64,000 bases of DNA from positions 12,430 to 76,429 of IMG/VR virus record IMGVR_UViG_3300025133_000069, one strand, 5' to 3'. The position numbers were made by a program, and so were the translations under genes. Below are positions 57,101-64,000 of this stretch, piece by piece. A model generated the notes under the pieces. It saw only the letters and a program-made list of their open reading frames with translations, was not told where the DNA came from and searched no databases. Numbering within the stretch: the stretch's first letter is position 1; each line of letters starts with the position of its first letter. The DNA comes from a virus.

Positions 57101-60100
57101 TATTGGAGATTTGCCGCTTTCTGCTATAAAAGAATGGCTTAAGGATCTTGTGGATAGTCTTAGCCCAAGCCAAATTTGTGCATTGTTGAGAGGAAATGCT
57201 TCTACTTTAACTCTTTCTTTGTGTTTAGACAGAACCAGATTAAATCATCCAGAAATTTATGATGCTGGAGTTCAAAGTGGTGTTGATATAACCACAATAT
57301 TTAAAAAGGTAGGAGAAAGCATTAATTTAGATATATGCGACGCTATAGGCGTAACATTACCTTCCACAATTGACGCTTGTGACGCAACATATGATTACGA
57401 TGCTCGATGTGCTGAACTCCAAGCTACAGGGCTAACAAAAGAAGAGTGTGATAAACAGATAAAAAGAGAACTGGAAGATTTAAAAAATAAAATAATTGGT
57501 CTTGCTGGGTGGCTTTTTCCAGATATGAATCCCTTAGATGGTATGTTGGCAGAACCTTGTGGTCCTCAAGGATTTTTCGTACTGCCGCTTGCTCTTCAAG
57601 ATAGTATGCGTAGACTAACAGATGTTGTCTTGGATAATATTAAATTTAATTTATTACAGGATTTACAAGCGCTTAAATTCTTTTCACTTCCACCACGTGC
57701 TATATTGGCTTCTACCGATGTAAATGAAATGGAAAACGCTATTCAGACGTTAACTGACCAGGTTTCTCATGAACAGAAACATGCTTTCTCTATGTTTTAT
57801 ATTGGTGGAGGTGATCAATCCTTCGGCAACGGCATCGGTGGATATACAACTACTGAAGATGATTATCACATGTGTTATAGTGCTACTCGTCACTTCCTAC
57901 CTCCAGAAACAGATTTTAGAGAAGAGTTTAAAGATTTTCATGCCAATACTCCCGCCGGTCCTAAAGGCGATATGGGGATTCGTACTCATAAAAAAACGAA
58001 ACCTTTGACATTAACTAATTATGGGCCCGATGGAGGGATGTTCTTTCAAGATTTGATGTTAGGTTTTTATGATTTTCCTGAAGTAGGAATTGCTGATGAA
58101 ATAAAGAAGGTTATTGTCGAGCTCGGCTACGGCGCCTCATCCTCTTTAACCGCGCTTGAGTCCTTTGAAGAAGCACAAGGCCGCCTCGACGCAGCACAGG
58201 AAGTGTATGACGAAGCATATTGGGATTGGTATTCTGTAAATATTACACGCGAACTCCTCGAAGAAATGAGAGACCTTTTTATTAATAGTGAAGAGGGCCT
58301 CCTCCACGAGGCGGGGCAACGGTTTCTCAACAATATCGACCCGTCGTCCGGCGGCCTCGCCGGCCGTACGGGCTTAAGCGTCATGTTAATCTATGGTCTT
58401 TCATACTGGAATCCTTTATACTTGGTTAATTTAGTTGCTGGATGGTGGGATGCTTTAGAGGGCGCCTGGCAAGACTTGCGCAGCCTTGTTGATAGCGATT
58501 TCAGAGCGCGAAATCTCTACCGCGAGAAGCTTTTCCGAATAGATGTTGCAAAAAGGGATCTCCAACCCCCGATCGACGTACTCCTTGGAAAAGAGCTGGT
58601 CCTCCTCACCAGCATGCACACGAAGACGGCCGAATTAGATGCAGCAAAAGCAACTTTTCAGGTTTTTGTTGATAAAATTGTTCCGGAAATCAAAAAACGA
58701 GTTGAAAATATTCCAATGCCGATGAATGTAGAAAAATTCTTATTTACAACAGAACTTTTTGAGCTTTGGCTCCGCCGCGGCTTTCACTATGATCCAGGTG
58801 ACTCGGAGGCCGGCGAGGATATAATGTTGAAGATTGACCCTGAGGAGGGCGATCTCACCTATTCCACCGGCGCGCCCGCAACTGCTGGTATTTTTCCTTT
58901 TGGTATCGGATATGAATGTTTAGATCCACTGGCTGGTAACATAGACCTGGAACAACCCAAAGTGGAAAGTCATAGAAAACCATTTAATTTACATCATCGT
59001 CTTACGAATAACATATATTTTCCTCTTCTTGGCGCACCACCTTCGAATCCGGCTGATCACCACCGAGGTGGCCTCAACGGCATCGTTGCTTATGATAACT
59101 CCGACGCTCGGTGGCGCCATATGTTCCGAATGTTCACCGGGATAAAAGAGCCAGCTCATTTGTGGACTAGCACCACCGCGGTCGCCTCCGGCCCGGGCGA
59201 GTCCACAAAGGGACTTGGAATCGGCCTCAACTGGGCTGTACATCCTGGCGACAGATTATGTCAAATAAGCCCGGGCATAAAATATTTAGCAGAGTTAGCT
59301 GATAATGATAATATGAACAAGAAGCATAATATTTTTGAAGCTTTTGTACATTTAGGCTTTGCTGAAGCATGCGGCTTAACTAGAAAAAGAGTAAGAGCTT
59401 TATATCCAAAACTTACAGGAGGTGCTAACGCGATAGAAGGAGTTATCTGCCAATACACTGATTACACTTTTCCTCATCTGTTAACAGCAGATATTCTTGT
59501 AGAGATTACAGATGTCCATAAATTAGTTCAAATGTTGTTTCAGGACGATCGTATCAGCGCCTGGGCGGACCGCCTAGGCGAAAATTACACTCAAGAGCAC
59601 ACAGAAAGTCGCGCCAAGCGCCAGTACTATTTAGCCTCAAGCGCACTCGAATGGCCAAAAGACGCAAAGACCCCGCCTGAAGTACTAAGATTTTTAGTTA
59701 AAAGAACTGCATCCGAACTCGACGCGCTCGTGGCCGGGTTTGGACTGGCTAGCGATCTGGAATTGAGAGAAGAAGAAGATCTTGAAAGCAAGATAGAAGA
59801 GGCAACCGATGCATTACAAGCTTGGGATCTTAACGCGTTAGACCCATATGTCCTGGAAGGCGCAATACAAGTATTACCCCTCACAATCTCTGGCACTGAC
59901 ATACATGCAGCTGATGACGCTCTGTGGGGCGAAGACTCGGAGTCACGTGGCTACGGCCGCTGGATGCCGGGATATGTTCCTGTATTTGGAGTAATTAAAA
60001 AGTATGTTAGAGATCCAGATAATCCATGGGAACAAAATGTAAATGATTTGGTATGTGCAACTAGCTTAGATGATAGAAAGGTTAACCCAGAACTACATGC

Positions 60101-63100
60101 TTATTTATCAGACGACTCAATTATTCCAGAAGTTTTTGATAATAGAAGTGATGATAATCTTTTAACTTTATTACGTCAGGCTTCAAACAAGCTTAATTCT
60201 GCGTCTTATTTGAATTTCAATCCTAGCTTCTTAAGATATGATCTTCCTTTAACTGAAGTTATCTCATCTAATACTAAAGCTCGCGACCAGGTAAAAGGAA
60301 TTTTCGAAATTTTTAAAAATGCTCAGATTGGTACCGCCGGCGGCCCAGAAATTGCTGCTGCTCTTGATAAACTACCAACTATCACTTTAAATAATTCTTT
60401 AATGTACCAGAATACGCTAACGCCGCTAGAAAGCACAAATAAAGTTCAAGAAAATAATTTAAAAGATGTCTCAAAATTGGTTAAGGGTAAAATCTCGCCT
60501 GAACACCATCCAAACACCGGTGAACTCGGCGTATCGAGAGGTCTAGACCTAGATTCTTGGATATCCGAGGGTATCTATAATTTCAACTTTCAAACTGATT
60601 ATGATTCAGACATCCAAGAATTATTATCCAATATAGGTTTAAATTCTTCTAAAGATATTACAACTTTGTTGTCTGATAAAAAAATAAGTTCGTTAGTAGA
60701 AAATAATTCAAAAGCTGTGATTTTTAGTCAACTTTTGACATATAAATTGAAAAATTTATTAAATCAATATTCTAATGAAGAAAATACATCTCCTGCCACA
60801 GCTAAAGAAGATCTATTAAAACATGTTTCAACGATACTCTCTTCTCACGGTTATACTTCATTACAATTTGCTTATTCAAACCAAATGTTTATTAAATTAA
60901 AGAATTCGCGACTTCAGTGCAGAAGATATTTAAAGAAATTATGGAATAAAATACTTAAAACCCCGCTAGAAGATTTTCTTGATGATACGGGCATAGGATG
61001 TACGGAAGAATTTAATCAGCATCCTGAAACTAGAAGAACAGAGACAGACTTTTTTGATTTGGACGTTGTCAAACCAAAAATAATGGAATTTTATAAAAAT
61101 TCAATTTGTCGAGATGTATATGACGACTCTCCTTCGGGCCAAAACGCTGTTAAAAATTCCTTGGTTGAAGGATGCATAATACTTTTAGTGAAGATCTTCA
61201 CATTAGAGATGTGTTTAGCTAGCGTTATCAGCTGGGATAGCTTTGATGTCGGTGACATTTTCAATGACCAAACAATGGTAAAAATAATTGTAGCCAATAT
61301 GAAGAAAGAGATAACTGATTTTGAGAATCTTATAGGATATGCCAACGATATTGTCAAAAAAAGGGAAAATATAGAGGATCACGAAACTTTTCTATTGTTA
61401 AACAAGATTAGTTCAATTGAGTATCTTATTGGAAAAGAAAGCGAGAATATATCCAAAATTATTAAATCTATGTTTAACAATAGTGAGCCTCTTGGCACAG
61501 AATTAGATTTAGATATTACTTTATCTTCGGATGAGAAGGCATATTGGACTCCGGAAGAAAAGATACTATATAAGACTATAGCTGATTTTACTGATCATGA
61601 ATACATTGTCGATGCAAGACTTACAAATAACATTTATACTATGAACTATTCTGCCGGAGAACAGACTCCAGGCAAATTTAACCATAAGAATAATATGGAA
61701 GCGAAGGCAGAAGCCTATTGGAAACACCACAGTCAGACTACTGATTTATTTGGTATGCGTAAAAAGACAAAGAATAATGAACCTCCGATACAAAAATTAT
61801 CACTCTATTCTTTGCCGATGACTTATCATGGCAATGAAGAATTGACTGATTCTGTTTGGCCAAATAAATGGGAAATGAATGACCCGGGCCAACCCAATGT
61901 GGTAAGAGAAGAATATAAAGAGTATGAAGATAACTATCACCTTCCAGCAAGCAAGCTAGGTATCGCAAGAGATAATCAAAATTGTTATGAAATGCTTTTT
62001 TCAAATGCAATTAATAGAAAGTTGGGCAATATTACATTTGAACCTTACGTAAAGATTGTCGATGCAACCGCGGCTGACTTGAAGGGCTTATCAGTGGATG
62101 CACAAGATATCCCCGACGACCCCCTCGACCCATGTGACGCTTTGGAGGTCTTGCAAATTCCTCTAGACCTACCTTTGCCCTTCTTAGGATATTATAGAAA
62201 CGAAAATAATGTGTTTGGATGCAAGATTTTTGGTTATGTGCCTTTAGACGTCTGGTCCTATTTTTATAATTTTGTATTCTTAAAAAAGGTAATGAGCAAC
62301 TCAACTTATAAGAAAGTATTTGAGAAATATGGGATTAAACCGTTTTTCAAAGAAATAAAATTTGGAATTCGCATGGTTTACTCTGCCACGGGCATCGATC
62401 GGAACGACAACGGCGAGCTGTCGTCGCTCGTCGGCAGCTACGCGGGTGTTCACGCCGGCGACGCGTACAATGAATTACCTTTAGCAACTTTTGATAGTGA
62501 AAAGCTTCAAAGTATAGAAGATTTAGTTGGCAGTGAAAATCTAAAAAGAGTTAAATCAATTTATAATTTTAGACGAAGCACAAATAGGGCAGAAAAATTA
62601 ACATATAAGCGGAGCGATAACGGACATACAATAGCAACCGTGGTCGACGGTGTAATCACCTGGGCTGACCAGGACGCCGCGCACTGGACAAGCAATATCA
62701 TCACCCAGCAAGCGACCTTCCAGGAATGCGAAGACGTGACGTCCGAAGAGGTCGTCGACACCGTCAGTATGAACATCGGCGGCGAAGAGTGGGATAGCCA
62801 GGTGACCGTCACCACAACGGAGGAGAAGTGCTTAACAAAATTCACCGAACTCGGCGAACTCTGGAATAACACGGATCCTGCTTTCCTCGATATACTAGTT
62901 GATAACGACGAACTTAAAAGGCAGTCGTCGCTGACAGGTTTTAAAACAAGACCGGAACTACAAATTCCTATTATCGAAGTTGAAAAAAACTTGGATTTGT
63001 TGCCAGGTGGTTTTAAATTTGATGACGGCGATTTAATTCCATATGAAGAAATGGGCTATTATTCTGCAAACTCTCCGAAAATTAAAGATTTTGTCAGCGA

Positions 63101-64000
63101 TATCGACAGCCCAACATATATTAAAGATATCGCCGACCTTGTTGAGGTTGTTGATGATAAACTCGTTTATGGAGAAACAATAAAGAGCGTAATCAATAAC
63201 CCAACTCAGTTCTTTTATAAAAATCTTGCAAACGACCTTCTTTCAGAAATGAAAGAGACGCCAGAATTTAGATTAATGTTTGACCATTTATTCCCAATGC
63301 GTCGATACATGACTTTGGCATTTATGTATGCTGGTGACGGATTATCTAAATTTATTCCAGAGCCGACAGAAATATTGGATGAAACGAAGAAAGCAATTCT
63401 TAATACCCTTAAATCATTATTTGAATCTGGTGATTTTGTATATGATCCTGATCAGGGACAAGAGTACCTCCAAAATGCTATGACCTTCGGCGCCAAATTC
63501 GGCACAAGAGGTAAATCTCCTGATACAACAAAAATGATTTTAAAGATAATTCTTATGACTCCTTTATTAATTTTAAAGGGCTTCGTGGAAATTACAGATC
63601 CGGCTATCATGACAGCCAAGGCAATTATTGATATTTCTGTAGCTATTACTTCTGCAGTTATTAGCGGCGTGGAACAAGGCCTCAGAGCTTCTAAGAATGT
63701 TGCAGAAAGTGCGAAAGCGAATGCTGACATGGCACTGAGTCAAGCTGCCATCGCTGCGAAGGTAGCCGCAACACCGGCCCTTGCGGCATGGAATAAATTA
63801 GCTAAAGACACTAAAAACCACTTCACCCCTGGCTCCGATCCCAAACTGGAGCAGGAAGTGATGTTGCCACCATCGACCACTATGGGTGAAGAAGGCGCGG
63901 AGGCATCAGTACTGCAGGAAGCTCTCGAAGGCCAGGGAACCGACGAGCCCGGGCAATCTTGCGGTGACGACGGCGCAGCACCTTGTTGCGGTGACGAAGG
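54138..64000 (+). CDS. giant (>3,280 aa) probable virion structural protein, 3'-truncated by the window end
   Basis: GTG start after AAGG. Frame reads open wherever checked (start, 62640-62880, 63480-63630, final codons), and the track lists no terminated long ORF in this frame. Confidence 0.8.
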   Translation, partial: MSTHTLQNLNKPNKSTARTKPFLPVRYSPGENAPKLQLGWDDESFLIVNNEGKLVNKKEDCDGIEVPTGVEVEVVEIVSGLTGIWYGFVFDSSAVSIGKINLWTADETKVLYARPHYFAKQEDVLDLPISRNLTRKDASESNFPEGTKLISPGSNLNWKKLDKYDVRLAYFNFNEFNRKNIPEDIFFINKETIGHSPSLRYSEGLYYFIADDGQRKTTEELGVVGEEEEVQEAAKKEEAQISIGQIKAKAYDALLRYLDKSVEETALYSVLKEKYFANVSEHVTTSSPSPNNQKVLFAIPASYIDGLPPSDLDYRSNFDEGHEPDAPFVRGRNYAFFIKLKDLEDQVDDLVGVFEDIKSKIEEFKQSGGFIKNPNNIDFDVDQQIEAFKAFPEIINEFLTRQSAMYTTDNDFIAQAAAEGTDTGEDHIIQIGLRDNGIVGGNVRETISYIIFSPDNKYLSEIDDTNLFELDPWLTKEEVEGAKDPKRSGVDLRKGLIWLRSKFEGTQGTRTLHYLMAQKSIVNFGDKAGSGAELNEWMKFLQSYSVPPFLIQLTKDKRREEEAEEYDCVKLIEEFIKKKSPLTAKERNKQQMVLNSPKCREAWKKAKKKDTSTMDSFFSKQRIIGSSKTVGNISRNAGVDPLKILYQSLLANLNPKALLALLMTCLQSRLGIPLTAEALCEAAITKIAGSAGPKEFTNIIVTAFPELEPELGEYAVQSEIDSPRASIDSSGERTVVDFGGSPIAAATYLRTADLAVASSIREMEQSGVSIDLTPGTFTDAFTGGQKPFIKIDLDTLTRNYQELGYSKEEADALLVKDGYLRPNQVQYQDNSDKWIFSETNDSYDSSLYGKVQNAGKFVQFLISRVGLQALCEGIVGPLLDMPGDFLEDPEGFIDKERRSPDENLPLISLPDSLSTDDLIGDYGKHLLEVFLAMLGAMLGQILGILLQELLESCFEENTDLGPAGRPKNLRSLPIPSADLQAALDSIGSIGDLPLSAIKEWLKDLVDSLSPSQICALLRGNASTLTLSLCLDRTRLNHPEIYDAGVQSGVDITTIFKKVGESINLDICDAIGVTLPSTIDACDATYDYDARCAELQATGLTKEECDKQIKRELEDLKNKIIGLAGWLFPDMNPLDGMLAEPCGPQGFFVLPLALQDSMRRLTDVVLDNIKFNLLQDLQALKFFSLPPRAILASTDVNEMENAIQTLTDQVSHEQKHAFSMFYIGGGDQSFGNGIGGYTTTEDDYHMCYSATRHFLPPETDFREEFKDFHANTPAGPKGDMGIRTHKKTKPLTLTNYGPDGGMFFQDLMLGFYDFPEVGIADEIKKVIVELGYGASSSLTALESFEEAQGRLDAAQEVYDEAYWDWYSVNITRELLEEMRDLFINSEEGLLHEAGQRFLNNIDPSSGGLAGRTGLSVMLIYGLSYWNPLYLVNLVAGWWDALEGAWQDLRSLVDSDFRARNLYREKLFRIDVAKRDLQPPIDVLLGKELVLLTSMHTKTAELDAAKATFQVFVDKIVPEIKKRVENIPMPMNVEKFLFTTELFELWLRRGFHYDPGDSEAGEDIMLKIDPEEGDLTYSTGAPATAGIFPFGIGYECLDPLAGNIDLEQPKVESHRKPFNLHHRLTNNIYFPLLGAPPSNPADHHRGGLNGIVAYDNSDARWRHMFRMFTGIKEPAHLWTSTTAVASGPGESTKGLGIGLNWAVHPGDRLCQISPGIKYLAELADNDNMNKKHNIFEAFVHLGFAEACGLTRKRVRALYPKLTGGANAIEGVICQYTDYTFPHLLTADILVEITDVHKLVQMLFQDDRISAWADRLGENYTQEHTESRAKRQYYLASSALEWPKDAKTPPEVLRFLVKRTASELDALVAGFGLASDLELREEEDLESKIEEATDALQAWDLNALDPYVLEGAIQVLPLTISGTDIHAADDALWGEDSESRGYGRWMPGYVPVFGVIKKYVRDPDNPWEQNVNDLVCATSLDDRKVNPELHAYLSDDSIIPEVFDNRSDDNLLTLLRQASNKLNSASYLNFNPSFLRYDLPLTEVISSNTKARDQVKGIFEIFKNAQIGTAGGPEIAAALDKLPTITLNNSLMYQNTLTPLESTNKVQENNLKDVSKLVKGKISPEHHPNTGELGVSRGLDLDSWISEGIYNFNFQTDYDSDIQELLSNIGLNSSKDITTLLSDKKISSLVENNSKAVIFSQLLTYKLKNLLNQYSNEENTSPATAKEDLLKHVSTILSSHGYTSLQFAYSNQMFIKLKNSRLQCRRYLKKLWNKILKTPLEDFLDDTGIGCTEEFNQHPETRRTETDFFDLDVVKPKIMEFYKNSICRDVYDDSPSGQNAVKNSLVEGCIILLVKIFTLEMCLASVISWDSFDVGDIFNDQTMVKIIVANMKKEITDFENLIGYANDIVKKRENIEDHETFLLLNKISSIEYLIGKESENISKIIKSMFNNSEPLGTELDLDITLSSDEKAYWTPEEKILYKTIADFTDHEYIVDARLTNNIYTMNYSAGEQTPGKFNHKNNMEAKAEAYWKHHSQTTDLFGMRKKTKNNEPPIQKLSLYSLPMTYHGNEELTDSVWPNKWEMNDPGQPNVVREEYKEYEDNYHLPASKLGIARDNQNCYEMLFSNAINRKLGNITFEPYVKIVDATAADLKGLSVDAQDIPDDPLDPCDALEVLQIPLDLPLPFLGYYRNENNVFGCKIFGYVPLDVWSYFYNFVFLKKVMSNSTYKKVFEKYGIKPFFKEIKFGIRMVYSATGIDRNDNGELSSLVGSYAGVHAGDAYNELPLATFDSEKLQSIEDLVGSENLKRVKSIYNFRRSTNRAEKLTYKRSDNGHTIATVVDGVITWADQDAAHWTSNIITQQATFQECEDVTSEEVVDTVSMNIGGEEWDSQVTVTTTEEKCLTKFTELGELWNNTDPAFLDILVDNDELKRQSSLTGFKTRPELQIPIIEVEKNLDLLPGGFKFDDGDLIPYEEMGYYSANSPKIKDFVSDIDSPTYIKDIADLVEVVDDKLVYGETIKSVINNPTQFFYKNLANDLLSEMKETPEFRLMFDHLFPMRRYMTLAFMYAGDGLSKFIPEPTEILDETKKAILNTLKSLFESGDFVYDPDQGQEYLQNAMTFGAKFGTRGKSPDTTKMILKIILMTPLLILKGFVEITDPAIMTAKAIIDISVAITSAVISGVEQGLRASKNVAESAKANADMALSQAAIAAKVAATPALAAWNKLAKDTKNHFTPGSDPKLEQEVMLPPSTTMGEEGAEASVLQEALEGQGTDEPGQSCGDDGAAPCCGDE

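Noticed and set aside
54155-63730. Short minus-strand and off-frame ORFs in the track
   Set aside because: Shadows of the giant + strand ORF starting at 54138.
1-64000. Stop-codon reassignment as in some jumbo phages
   Set aside because: Long genes are intact in code 11, and TAA, TAG and TGA all end well-packed genes; no suppressor tRNA seen.

Overview
AT-rich (roughly 35% GC by eye), gene-dense window, almost all on the + strand and in the standard genetic code. It reads as part of a large/jumbo tailed-phage genome with T4-like features: PhoH, a gp55-like sigma factor, a PD-(D/E)XK nuclease, a glycosyltransferase island, an amidase, baseplate-like genes, its own tmRNA and two tRNAs. MopE-type Cys repeats with vWA, a CglF/GltF-like peptide and the tmRNA tag suggest a Myxococcota/delta-type host (inference). 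The main candidate system lies in the left ~32 kb. About a dozen otherwise unrelated proteins share short Glu-terminated N-terminal leaders (MKITKSQLKQIIKEE-type and MKxLFENWRxFxxE-type), many behind a putative late-promoter motif ACTA(T/A/G)TTA. This resembles a modular capsid-targeting cargo system. Leader-headed cassettes cluster on both sides of the tmRNA gene, and copies of the tmRNA 5' and 3' junction sequences occur at cassette borders. The largest cargo genes, and a >3,280-codon ORF running off the right end (absent from the ORF track), are mosaics of sharp in-frame GC-rich patches. GGCGCC is strongly over-represented. All family calls come from motif recognition by eye, not database searches.
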